Origin: an uncultured Bacilli bacterium
GTDB lineage: Bacteria > Bacillota_I > Bacilli_A > RF39 > UBA660
DNA: 64,000 bases
NCBI GenBank assembly: GCA_934096275.1
Contig: CAKOLK010000001.1
Location: 79,876 to 143,875 of the forward strand
Direction of reading: 5' to 3'
This document shows, piece after piece, positions 47,461 to 57,288 of the stretch (position 1 is its first letter; each line of letters starts with the position of its first letter). The notes under the pieces were generated by a model. The model saw nothing but the letters and a program-made list of their open reading frames with translations. It made no database searches and had not been told where the DNA came from. The position numbers and the translations under genes are program-made.

Positions 47461-48792
47461 TTAACTCTTACGTAAATGTCTTTTTTCTTCTAATTCGTTT
47501 TTTCTTGCTTCGATAAACATTATTTCATATTTAGATAGATTGTATTGTTCTTTAATAATATTTTTATTTTCATTATAATAGTCATAGTTATTTATTAATT
47601 CTTCAAGAAGAATATTTCTATCTACTTGTTCATCTTCATTCTTAATTACTTTATCATATTCTTGTTTTATATCATTTATTATATTAATATGAAAATCATC
47701 TAATTTAAATAAACTCTCTGTATAACTTTTAGTAGCTTCATAATCATTACTTTTAATAGTATAGAAGATAACTTCTTTTATATATTTTGGTTCTTTATAA
47801 TTACTTAATTTAGTATCAATTAGTATTTTTAATAATGCATCATATAATGGCATATTAGTATTTATCATATAATTTATTACATTGTCTCTATCATATAAGT
47901 TATTAGTATTATTTAGTTCTTCATATGCATCATATACCCAATCAACAGATACTTTATTGCCATTATTATTAAACTCATTTTTTATAGATAATAATGCTTC
48001 TTCTTTAGAAAGACCAATGTTAATTAGTTTATTAAAATGAGTAGTAATTATTTTAGGATCTAGATTATATTTTTTTATAAACTTATTTAATTTAATATCT
48101 TTAATATCTGACTCTTTATCAATCATATTTTTAAGTCTATTTATATTTAAAACAGTATTTCTAATTCTTTCTAATTCCGGTTGTTTTATATTATAAATGT
48201 CTTTACAAAATACTTGGATATACTCTAATAAATCATCCCTTGTTATATTTAAATATTTAGCAAATTCTTTTAAAGTATATTCTTTATTTTGATAACAAAT
48301 AGTCTTTGGATATTTATTCTTAAGTTTATTTCTTCTGTATCTTTGTTCTAGAGAATATAACTCTTTAGCATAGATGTCTCCTTGCAATATGGCTTCTTTT
48401 ATTCTCTTTTTATTGGTGTAGTACCATACATACATGGATGAGTCATCATTAAACTTAGTATTATCCTCATAAGTTGGAAAATAATTATTATTATTTACAA
48501 AGTCTATCATTTCTTTTATTCTATGATTGAATCTATCATTAACATTTTTTTCATCAGTTTTTTTCATATATTTATCAGACAATTTTACAAGAGTAAAAGC
48601 ATCTTGATTAGTTTTAGATAAAGTTTTTAGTTTATACCTATTTGTTTTAAACCATTCTCCCATTAGACAAGAGTTATCACTAAATCTTATATCTTTTACA
48701 CCACGTGTTGGAAAAGAATCAGTAGTTGTTATATAATTAATCATTTCTTTTATTCGTTTTTGATATTGTTCTTCACTTGTTTTAGGTATCAT
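47461..48792 (-). CDS. protein with two N-terminal helicase-associated (HA) type repeats, otherwise unknown
   Basis: Repeated pattern RIKEMI.....FPT......F.D.S....W. No helicase motifs. Confidence 0.45.
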   Translation of the reverse strand: MIPKTSEEQYQKRIKEMINYITTTDSFPTRGVKDIRFSDNSCLMGEWFKTNRYKLKTLSKTNQDAFTLVKLSDKYMKKTDEKNVNDRFNHRIKEMIDFVNNNNYFPTYEDNTKFNDDSSMYVWYYTNKKRIKEAILQGDIYAKELYSLEQRYRRNKLKNKYPKTICYQNKEYTLKEFAKYLNITRDDLLEYIQVFCKDIYNIKQPELERIRNTVLNINRLKNMIDKESDIKDIKLNKFIKKYNLDPKIITTHFNKLINIGLSKEEALLSIKNEFNNNGNKVSVDWVYDAYEELNNTNNLYDRDNVINYMINTNMPLYDALLKILIDTKLSNYKEPKYIKEVIFYTIKSNDYEATKSYTESLFKLDDFHINIINDIKQEYDKVIKNEDEQVDRNILLEELINNYDYYNENKNIIKEQYNLSKYEIMFIEARKNELEEKRHLRKS

Positions 48793-48853
48793 TTAACCAC
48801 TCCCTATATTATCATTATACAGAAAGTATAAATAAAAAGCAATCAATTATTTG

Positions 48854-50737
48854 CTAATTGATTGCTTTACCATTTACATATAACTTATAACCATTAAAAT
48901 CTACATTACTATTAGTGGTATCTTTATTAGTTAAACTAGTTATATAAGTATCTTTTGTTAATTTTATCTTTGATGTCTTATCTAGAGTTAGATTTATCTT
49001 TTCTGATTTATTTTCAGTATTTATATAACCTTCATAATATGAATTATTACTTAAAGTCATATCAAGAGTAGATATTTCATCAATATAGATGTTTCCTGTT
49101 ACTTTTTGGTTAGTTAGTTTTAGGACTACATCTCCACCATTTTCATTTTTAGTTCCCCATGAATCACTTTTTGCTCTTAAAAAATAACCTGTTTTATCAT
49201 TGTTTATAATTGTATTATTTTCTAAGTTTATGGTAGAACTTGTATTAGTAACATATATAGTATCTCCTTTATTAGTAGTAATTGTACTATTTTTAGCAGT
49301 AAACTCTGAGTTACCTACACTAGCATCCCCACTCATAGATTGATATAAAAAGATATTTTTATAAGTGGTTGATTGTCCATTTAAAGTGTTATTTGTATCT
49401 GTTAAAGTACAATTTTCTAGTGATACACTATTTTTTCCTTCGATTACTACTCCTTCGGATGCTTTTGCAATAAGTGTTGCATCATTTACTTTTATATTAG
49501 CTGTTGAATAGATTGCTGGCGATCCTTTTCCTATTGTTTGATATGTTCCTTTAGTTACATTAACAAATCCTCCACCTCGGTCACTTCGTATGGCTGCACT
49601 TGATGTACCTGATGTATTAATAGTTAGATTGTTAGCATTTAAAGTTCCTCCCCCAGTAGTCATGATGCCACCAGAATTATCTTTTGTTGTAGTTATTTTA
49701 GAATCACTAATAGTTATAGTTGTTCCATCAGAACTATTATTATTTGTGGTAGCAGATCCTCCATAACTAAACACCCCGTTAGCACCAGTTGCATTTGTAG
49801 TTACTTCAATATTTTTTAATGTTAGATTAGCACCACCTTTAGCTAAAATACCAGAGTTAGTACCATAAAAACTAGTTGAATCTCCCCCATCACTATCTCC
49901 AGTTTTTGTTACTTTTATATTTGAGATAGAAGTTTCTGAACCATTTACTAATATAGCATTTTCATCACTTGATGTAGAAGTATATGAACCTTCTTCAATT
50001 GTTGTATCCTCATCAATTGTTGTCTTACCATTATAGGCTATATTTGTGTTATTTCCCATAGGCATAGAATCATTAGTTAGAAAGTATTCAGTAGTAATAT
50101 ACTTATCTGTATATGTAAATGCTGTTGTTAATATAATTACTGAAAGTATTGTAATTACTACTTTATCTTTATTTTCAAATGTTTCTTTGAATGTTTTTTT
50201 ATTGAAACTAGACATAACTAAATAGATAATTAAGCTAGATAGAATTAAAGACTCTATTGCAAAGGTAACATAGTAACAAGTAGTTAAATCTACACTATTT
50301 TGTTTATTCATATTACCTGGACCATTTTGTTTATTTGGCATACTTGGTGGAGTATTACTATTTTGCTCATTTCCTTTTTCATCACCAGAAGTACTTGATT
50401 CATTATTGTCTGAGTCATTTGAACCGCTTGGTTTTTCTGGTGGTGTTTGGTTATCACCCTCTGGTTTTTCTGATGGCTCATTAGTATTATTACTATCTTG
50501 TCCATCATTATTTTCATCTGGTTTACTTGGTGTAGTATTACTGTTTTGATTATTATCATTTGAACTGTTATTTTGATCATTTGGCATACTTGGTGGTGTG
50601 CCATTTTCGTTAGTCATTTCTTTGCTGTTTGTAGTCATATGGTTTTTGGAATAATTCATTGTAAATACCATCGAACCTATTACAAGTGCTACTAAGATTA
50701 ATATTATAATATTTTTAATATTTCTTTTCATTTTCAT
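48854..50737 (-). CDS. surface protein with Cthe_2159-like parallel beta-helix (carbohydrate-binding) domain
   Basis: N-terminal TM, an N/S/P/D-rich linker containing two PPSMPN repeats, a second hydrophobic segment, then a repetitive G/T/S/N beta-helix sequence (ILVNGSETSISNIKVTKTGDSDGGD..). Confidence 0.6.
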   Translation of the reverse strand: MKMKRNIKNIIILILVALVIGSMVFTMNYSKNHMTTNSKEMTNENGTPPSMPNDQNNSSNDNNQNSNTTPSKPDENNDGQDSNNTNEPSEKPEGDNQTPPEKPSGSNDSDNNESSTSGDEKGNEQNSNTPPSMPNKQNGPGNMNKQNSVDLTTCYYVTFAIESLILSSLIIYLVMSSFNKKTFKETFENKDKVVITILSVIILTTAFTYTDKYITTEYFLTNDSMPMGNNTNIAYNGKTTIDEDTTIEEGSYTSTSSDENAILVNGSETSISNIKVTKTGDSDGGDSTSFYGTNSGILAKGGANLTLKNIEVTTNATGANGVFSYGGSATTNNNSSDGTTITISDSKITTTKDNSGGIMTTGGGTLNANNLTINTSGTSSAAIRSDRGGGFVNVTKGTYQTIGKGSPAIYSTANIKVNDATLIAKASEGVVIEGKNSVSLENCTLTDTNNTLNGQSTTYKNIFLYQSMSGDASVGNSEFTAKNSTITTNKGDTIYVTNTSSTINLENNTIINNDKTGYFLRAKSDSWGTKNENGGDVVLKLTNQKVTGNIYIDEISTLDMTLSNNSYYEGYINTENKSEKINLTLDKTSKIKLTKDTYITSLTNKDTTNSNVDFNGYKLYVNGKAIN

Positions 50738-50965
50738 TCTCCTTTCTTTATATTATAATTTATCAATACTTTATTATTTTGTCTTTTTTTCTTGCTTTTT
50801 TCCTCCTTCATGTACTAATAATAACAAGTAACTCTTAAATAAAACTTAAAAAATAAATAATTTTTGTAATTACCTATTTAGTTTTTGTTCTCCACTTAAT
50901 ATTTTTTTATAATAAAAAGCATCACTTTCCAAGAAAATGATACCATATACTTTTATAAGCACAAA

Positions 50966-51145
50966 TTATTTCTTTGATGATAATTTATTGCAAATCAAAT
51001 CAGTTACTGTATAGAATATAGTATATACTAATGTAGTAATAACAATCATCTTAAAACTTATATTTTTTGTCAGTAAATATGTTACCATTGTATACACAAT
51101 ACAAAAAATAATTGTACTCATTAAATATTTAGTCCACTTTTTCAT
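50966..51145 (-). CDS. small two-TM membrane protein (59 aa, below the ORF-track cutoff)
   Basis: AAGGAG RBS, then MKKWTKYLMSTIIFCIVYTM... Read manually. Confidence 0.4.
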   Translation of the reverse strand: MKKWTKYLMSTIIFCIVYTMVTYLLTKNISFKMIVITTLVYTIFYTVTDLICNKLSSKK

Positions 51146-51265
51146 ACTTCTTCTCCTTATAAATTATTATTTATATTTACTTCTTAAATGCTTTTAATGC
51201 AAAGCCTAAGCCAAGACCAATCATAGCAAAAACGTATCCTAATAAATAACTATTAAAAACCATTC

Positions 51266-51382
51266 CTAATGAGTTTCCCATTTAGAAACAGTTTGTCTTG
51301 CAACATTCAATTCTTCTGCAAGTTGTTCTTGAGTCATATTTTTTTCTTTTCTTTTTTCTAGTATTATATTATTTAACTCCAT
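51266..51382 (-). CDS. truncated XRE-family HTH peptide (38 aa), possibly the frameshifted N-terminus of an HTH-TM regulator
   Basis: GGAGGTG RBS, then MELNNIILEKRKEKNMTQEQLAEELNVARQTVSKWETH*. A hydrophobic 28-codon ORF continues in another frame (51177..51263). Confidence 0.5.
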   Translation of the reverse strand: MELNNIILEKRKEKNMTQEQLAEELNVARQTVSKWETH

Positions 51383-51474
51383 TTTTCACCTCCGATAAAA
51401 TTATAAATTACAAATATATTTAATACTATCTATCAGAAGTGGAATCTTCGCACTTTATTTTAACATTTTAATAA

Positions 51475-52035
51475 TTACTTATATAATCTTAAAACTTGGT
51501 ATTGATATTTTTCATCATTTTCTGTGTATCCAATTGAAATACCCTTTCCATTATTTGAAGTCTTACCAGAGTTGTTTTTAGTTTTTGCATCTTGTAGTAA
51601 TGTATCAATTTCAGAGTCAGTTATTCGATTATTATTTGCCTTGATCAAATACTTAATATAAGATCTAGCATCTTTTTCATATTTGCTATTCTTATCCACC
51701 TGCAAAAGCATGTAGTTTACAATCTCAGTTGTTTTATCATTAGTATACTTTTCTGGTACCACTACCAAAGAGATACCTTCGATTAAACCATACCAATATT
51801 GATTATTACTTTCAGTCAAATATTCTGTTGATGCTTTATTTAGTGTACTATTGTCTGCTACTTCAGTGTTAAACTTAGCGACTAAAACGTCAACAGTTTC
51901 CTTTTCTACATAGCCATATTTTTCTTGTGAGTTTTCTAAATTCTTTTTTGCTTCTTCTAAATCTGATTTACCACACGCAGTTAAACCTAATGCAATAACT
52001 ATGCATATCAAGATTGTTAATATTGTTTTTTTCAT
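51475..52035 (-). CDS. lipoprotein, unknown function
   Basis: Lipobox LGLTACG. Confidence 0.6.
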   Translation of the reverse strand: MKKTILTILICIVIALGLTACGKSDLEEAKKNLENSQEKYGYVEKETVDVLVAKFNTEVADNSTLNKASTEYLTESNNQYWYGLIEGISLVVVPEKYTNDKTTEIVNYMLLQVDKNSKYEKDARSYIKYLIKANNNRITDSEIDTLLQDAKTKNNSGKTSNNGKGISIGYTENDEKYQYQVLRLYK

Positions 52036-52066
52036 ATTTTTCTCTCTCCTTTTTTATATCTATAAA

Positions 52067-52429
52067 TTATATTTCATTTTTTGATTTCGAATACTTTCTA
52101 TATGCAATAAATATTCCAACAACCCAAAAAGACAAAGAAAATATTACTAGCATATATTCTTTTTTTACTATAGCTAAATAATCCCAATAAATAAGAAATC
52201 CAAAATAATATATAAAAAATGATATTGTATTTATCTTACTAAATATTTTAGCAATTTTATCTTTATTAAGTATTAAAGAAACATTTTTTATAAATAAACT
52301 AATTGCAAACATTAAAAAAGGTATAATTACTATCCTTGTTAAGTTACTATTTGTTATAATTAAAACATATGTTAAATAAATTGATGCTACTAATGAAGCA
52401 ATTATTTGTTCTATAATTCCTATATTCAT
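52067..52429 (-). CDS. small membrane protein (4 TM)
   Basis: 120 aa hydrophobic ORF. Confidence 0.5.
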   Translation of the reverse strand: MNIGIIEQIIASLVASIYLTYVLIITNSNLTRIVIIPFLMFAISLFIKNVSLILNKDKIAKIFSKINTISFFIYYFGFLIYWDYLAIVKKEYMLVIFSLSFWVVGIFIAYRKYSKSKNEI

Positions 52430-52533
52430 GTTTTACCTCCATATTACTTTTCATATTTCTATATGTATTATATCATATAATTTATATTTATTTTAAATAA
52501 AAAACCTAGAACTAGTCTAAGTATTTTACATTC

Positions 52534-53673
52534 TTAATTACCCATCAGTATATCTTTTAATACTTTTAAATAAAGTTTAAATATATTTAATTTATTTATA
52601 TCCTCTTTTGCTACTAAATCTATTTTACTTACTATTTTATTATTCTCTTTTATTTGAAACTCTCCAAGTACTGTATCTTTTTTTATTGGATAAGCAATAT
52701 CATAAGTTTTTACATCATATGTATATTCTTTTTCTTTATCCTGTTTTTTATTAATTATAACTGCATCATCTTTTAAAACTAAATCTATTTTATCTTTTGT
52801 TGCTTTTTCTAGAGTTAGCTGTCCTACTACATCATTCTTTTTCTTTATTATTTTAGTTTCATATTGATTAAAACCATAGTCTAATAGATCCATTGTTTCT
52901 TGATTTCTTATTTTAGAATTAGGGAAACCTAGAGTAACCGCAATTAATCTAAGTCCATTTCTTTTAGTAGTCACTGTCATACACGATCCTGCTTTATCTG
53001 TCATACCTGTCTTTAACCCATCTGTTCCTTCATAAAACCTAACTAGTTTGTTAGTATTAGTGATCCATGTTTTATTATCAGTATTTTCTCTAATATAACT
53101 CTCATAGTTCTTAGAGTAATCAAATACTTTTTCATGTTTTATTAATTCTTTTGCTATTATTGCCATATCATAAGCACTTGAATATGCCCCATCTTCATCT
53201 AATCCTGTACTATTTTTAAAATATGTATTTTGTAATCCCAACTCCTTTGCTTTCTTATTCATTTGACTTACAAAAGCTTCTTCAGTACCTGATACTCTTT
53301 CTGCCATTAAAACCATTGCGTCATTAGCGGAAGCCATTATTATACCTTTTAATAAATCATCTACTGATATCTTCTCGCCTGTATCAAGCCATATTTGAGA
53401 ACCACCCATATTCTTTGCATTTTCTGATGTAGTTAAAATCTCATCAGTTTTTAATGCATTCTTTTCCATTGCTTCAAATATTAAAATTAAACCCATCATT
53501 TTAGTAAGGGATGCTACTTCGTGAGGTTTATTTGCATTTTTATTATATAGTACTTGTCCAGTTGATGCTTCGATTATAACTGATGAAAAAGCATCTGGTG
53601 TTAAATCAACATCCTTAGAATTTGTCTCAAGAGCATAGATATTTATTGGTAATATACTAACTATTAGTAACAA
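52534..53673 (-). CDS. D-alanyl-D-alanine carboxypeptidase (PBP5/DacA type)
   Basis: SxxK (VASLTKMM), SxN (MASANDA) and KTG (LKTGMT). The true start may be an ATT a few codons upstream, after a GAGGTGG RBS. Confidence 0.85.
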   Translation of the reverse strand: MLLIVSILPINIYALETNSKDVDLTPDAFSSVIIEASTGQVLYNKNANKPHEVASLTKMMGLILIFEAMEKNALKTDEILTTSENAKNMGGSQIWLDTGEKISVDDLLKGIIMASANDAMVLMAERVSGTEEAFVSQMNKKAKELGLQNTYFKNSTGLDEDGAYSSAYDMAIIAKELIKHEKVFDYSKNYESYIRENTDNKTWITNTNKLVRFYEGTDGLKTGMTDKAGSCMTVTTKRNGLRLIAVTLGFPNSKIRNQETMDLLDYGFNQYETKIIKKKNDVVGQLTLEKATKDKIDLVLKDDAVIINKKQDKEKEYTYDVKTYDIAYPIKKDTVLGEFQIKENNKIVSKIDLVAKEDINKLNIFKLYLKVLKDILMGN

Positions 53674-53793
53674 AATTATTATTTTTTTAATAATACCACC
53701 TCAGTTAAAAATATGACAAATAGATTTTTTTAGACTTATTTTTACTTTATTTTAATATACTTTAGTGGTAATATATATTTAAAGGAGGCAAAT

Positions 53794-54672
53794 ATGAAAT
53801 TTATTAAAAACCTTTTAATTATAATTTTTATACTTGTTTGTCTTTTTTTAGCACTCAAATTAAATGGTATTAGTTTTTTTGATAAGAATAAGAATGATAC
53901 AATTGATGAGAATATAGAAATTGAAAATACTAAGTATAAAGATTATAAAAAATGCAAAGATTATGATTTGAAAAATATAGATAGGTACCTTCTATATAAG
54001 GAAAAGAATGAAAAGATTGATTATTGTGATGTTGTAACATATGTAAATATTGGACTTGATAATGAGTATTATACTAATACACAAAAGACTGATATGTCTT
54101 ATGATAATCTTATTCTAATGAATAAATACCTATATTTAGATGAAGATTATATACCTGATGATTTAGAAGAAATATCTAGTGATTATTTTATATATGGAAA
54201 TAGTAAAGTTAGAATGATGAGAAAAGAAGCAAAAGAAGCTTTTGAAAAATTATCTAGTGATTCTATTAAAAATGGTACCCCAGTATATGGACAATCTGGA
54301 TTTAGAGAATACTCTAGACAAAAAGAGCTTTATGATTATGCTGTTTCCACTAGTGGTGTTGAGGGTGCTGATAAAGATACTGCAAGACCTGGTTATTCAG
54401 AACATCAAACTGGACTTGTTATAGATGTTTCTTCGACTAGAAATGGAAATATGCTTACTTTTGATAAGACTGAATCTTTTAAATGGATGAATGATAATGC
54501 TCATAAGTATGGTTTTATCCTTAGATATCCTAGTGATAAGGTTGATATTACTGGTTATACTTATGAATCATGGCATTATAGATATATTGGTGTTAAAGCT
54601 GCGACTGATATGCATGATAATCATAGTGATTTGTCTTATGATGAATATTATTATAGATATATTAAAAATTAA
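53794..54672 (+). CDS. VanY/M15B-family D,D-carboxypeptidase
   Basis: SEHQTGLVIDV and ESWHYRYIG zinc-peptidase motifs. N-terminal TM. Confidence 0.85.
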   Translation: MKFIKNLLIIIFILVCLFLALKLNGISFFDKNKNDTIDENIEIENTKYKDYKKCKDYDLKNIDRYLLYKEKNEKIDYCDVVTYVNIGLDNEYYTNTQKTDMSYDNLILMNKYLYLDEDYIPDDLEEISSDYFIYGNSKVRMMRKEAKEAFEKLSSDSIKNGTPVYGQSGFREYSRQKELYDYAVSTSGVEGADKDTARPGYSEHQTGLVIDVSSTRNGNMLTFDKTESFKWMNDNAHKYGFILRYPSDKVDITGYTYESWHYRYIGVKAATDMHDNHSDLSYDEYYYRYIKN

Positions 54673-54710
54673 AAAACTAGCTATTTACTTTACAAAATAG
54701 CTAGTTTTTT

Positions 54711-55874
54711 TTATTCAGTTTCAAAAGCATAATATGCATAATGATAAACTTGCCCTATTTCTTCAATACTCTTATCAGAATACATTCGCCCTCTTACCAT
54801 TAAGTGTAATGTATAAATACCACCCGCATTATCTATATCTTCTTGGGTTATTGTTGTATCTATTAATTCAAAATCTCCAGGTGTTTTTCCAAAATCCGGT
54901 TTATTCTGACTTATCCAATTTAATTCTCCTTGAGGATTACTAGTTGTTGTTATATCATAATCTATTGATAAAGCCATCGGAAGAGGTACCCCAGCTTTTT
55001 GTTCCTCATTCAAAGTATAAAAGTTATATATTATTCTGGTTGGTTTTGTAATCTTATAATGTCCTAAACATTGATCATATTCAGTCACAGAGCTATCATC
55101 ATTTGTACGAGTAAACTTACATGAACTATTATCACTCAATGTAGTTGATTGTATTTTTCTACCATAGACACTTATATCTTGTGTTGTTGAGTAACCTGTA
55201 CGAACAGTTACAACATGCTCTTCCATTGGTTCAACTGGTTCAGTTGAATTATTACTATTATTATTTATATTTACTCTAAACTTATAAGAATATTTCTTTT
55301 CATTAAACTTTGTTGGATCTACTTTGCTATCTATCCAAGATCTTAATCTATAACTTGTAATTACCTCACCTTTATTATTTGAGAATATTTCTTCTTGAGA
55401 TTTTAGAATTTTATTATTTAATTGATCAATTGTTGTTGGTTCAACTACTACTGTCTCAGTTCCATTTTCTACCTTAGTAAGATATAACTTTATTTCACTA
55501 TCACTTAAAGGATTATCTACAGTTATTGGTTCTAGTATTATGTTATAATTTAGTTTTCTTTGAGTACTGTCATTTGCTCTAGTCTTAATATAAGACAACA
55601 CTTGAAAATCAAAATAATTAGTAAGTAATTTACCCTCTTCATCTTTTATAGGTAATGCATTATCCATTCCTATTTCATTTGATTCAGTATAACTCATCTT
55701 TACTTGTCCTGTAGTTATACTATTATTACCAGTAAGTAGTTCACTACTCCATATTGCATATGTTCCTATCGATATTATTGCTACCATAAATAATGATAAA
55801 GATATCATAAGTAACACTTTCTTTCTATTAGGACTAGTTAGTTTTTGCCTCCCACAATTCGAATATTTGTTCAT
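54711..55874 (-). CDS. secreted surface protein, paralog of the N-domain of 42741..44210 with a different C-domain
   Basis: Start at MNKYSN (55874) after a GGAGGA RBS. Signal IGTYAIWSSE. About 190 aa are highly similar to 42741..44210. Confidence 0.65.
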   Translation of the reverse strand: MNKYSNCGRQKLTSPNRKKVLLMISLSLFMVAIISIGTYAIWSSELLTGNNSITTGQVKMSYTESNEIGMDNALPIKDEEGKLLTNYFDFQVLSYIKTRANDSTQRKLNYNIILEPITVDNPLSDSEIKLYLTKVENGTETVVVEPTTIDQLNNKILKSQEEIFSNNKGEVITSYRLRSWIDSKVDPTKFNEKKYSYKFRVNINNNSNNSTEPVEPMEEHVVTVRTGYSTTQDISVYGRKIQSTTLSDNSSCKFTRTNDDSSVTEYDQCLGHYKITKPTRIIYNFYTLNEEQKAGVPLPMALSIDYDITTTSNPQGELNWISQNKPDFGKTPGDFELIDTTITQEDIDNAGGIYTLHLMVRGRMYSDKSIEEIGQVYHYAYYAFETE

Positions 55875-55965
55875 ATTTTTTTCCTCCTTCTTTTTAGACA
55901 ATAAAAAAATACCTTGTCTACTTTTAATGTAAATTAATTATATAACATTTTCAGGTATTTTTCAA

Positions 55966-57285
55966 TGTGAAATTAAAAAAGATAGTGTAAAAATGTTTCG
56001 GAATTTCCACAAAAAAAGAAAAAACTCATGGTATAATACCAATATAATCCAAAAATAAAGGAGTTCTTTCTATGAATATTATATCACAAGATACAAAAAA
56101 TAAAATAATTAATTTAATAAAAAATGCATTTTTTGAAAGGATACGTAAAATACTAGATACTTTCTTAGAAAACATTTTTACTAATTTTTCAAAGAATAGA
56201 TATATTTCTAACCTTCTTTCCTTAAATAAAAACTTTTGTAAATTAATTACTGATTTATATTTAGATATAATTAACTTCACAAATCTATATTTTAGAAACT
56301 CTAAAGAAAGAAAAAATAATTACTATATTAGTAAAAAGAATGTTCAAAGAACAATTATTACTACATGGGGCAATTTAATTTTTGAAAGAGATTACTTTGT
56401 TTCTAAAGACAAAAAAGATGGGTTCTTTTTTATCGATAAATTATTTGGATTTAAAAAATATAATACATTTGATCCAATTGTAAGGAGTCTTGCTATTAAT
56501 GCTTCAATTAATAGTAATGTTAATAAAGTCTCTAAAAACTCTTTAGCTTATAGCTTTAACATTCTAGATTATTTAAACTGTAATTCTTTTTCTAACATTT
56601 CAAGACAAACTATTTATAATTGGATTCATAAATGGAATCTTCCTAATATAAATTATGATACTTTAGACAATAAAAACAAGCTTTATGTTATGACTGATGA
56701 AAAATGGATTCATGAACAGCAACACTAAAAAGACGGAAAAAAACATTATATAATGAGTAAATGTTTTGTTATCTTTACAGGTGCAAAAAGGAAAAATGGA
56801 AGAACAAAATTATTAAATAGACATATTTTTATTACTTCTTCAAAAGCTCCATATAAAGACTTAATGGATGAAATATGCAAAATATATGATTTTGAGAAAA
56901 TTAAAACCATTAATTTATTAAGCGATGCTGGGGGATGGATTTTATCTGGAAAAGATGAATTAAAACTTTATGCTGGTAATAAAATTGTTGTTAACACATG
57001 TGAGTTTCATGTAAAACAATAGAAAAATATATAAAACTTCAAGAAGTTAAACACAATGGAATTAATATATTAGATTTATATCTTAAAACTTATGGTAATA
57101 ATGAGAAAAAGGAAAATAATTACAATGAAAAAGAGATAAATTATTCAATATTTGATAATTCAATCTCTTTACTTCCAATTAAGTCTTCGAACAATCCAAT
57201 ATCACAACTTATTAATAATATTGCATTTGTATATAATTTTTAATAATTCCGAAACATTTTTACACTATCTTTTTAATTCATTATA
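55966..57285 (+). mobile_element. decayed insertion sequence (ISLre2/UPF0236-like transposase) with terminal inverted repeats
   Basis: Perfect 25 bp IRs GATAGTGTAAAAATGTTTCGGAATT at 55981..56005 and, as reverse complement, at 57245..57269. Imperfect extension outward for about 10-15 bp. Confidence 0.75.
56072..57243 (+). pseudogene. transposase gene broken by an in-frame TAA (56726..56728) and a frameshift near 57020
   Basis: ORFs 56072..56728 and 56753..57022 are in the same frame, separated by one stop. The remainder reads on in another frame to the TAA at 57241. MTDEKWIHEQ motif. Confidence 0.7.
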
Positions 57286-57288
57286 TTT

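Noticed and set aside
50308-50604. 98 aa minus-strand ORF in an alternative frame of 48854..50737
   Set aside because: It lies wholly within the low-complexity linker of the larger gene. The H/Q/M/I-rich product is a frame artefact of the repeat.
42741-51400. Prophage or integrative conjugative element interpretation of the 42.7-51 kb block
   Set aside because: The block has no integrase, relaxase, VirB4/VirD4 ATPase, capsid, terminase or flanking direct repeats. Only the PG hydrolase hints at such an origin.
56026-56280. 84 aa minus-strand ORF inside the IS
   Set aside because: It is antisense to the transposase frame and crosses the IS left end. It is probably spurious.
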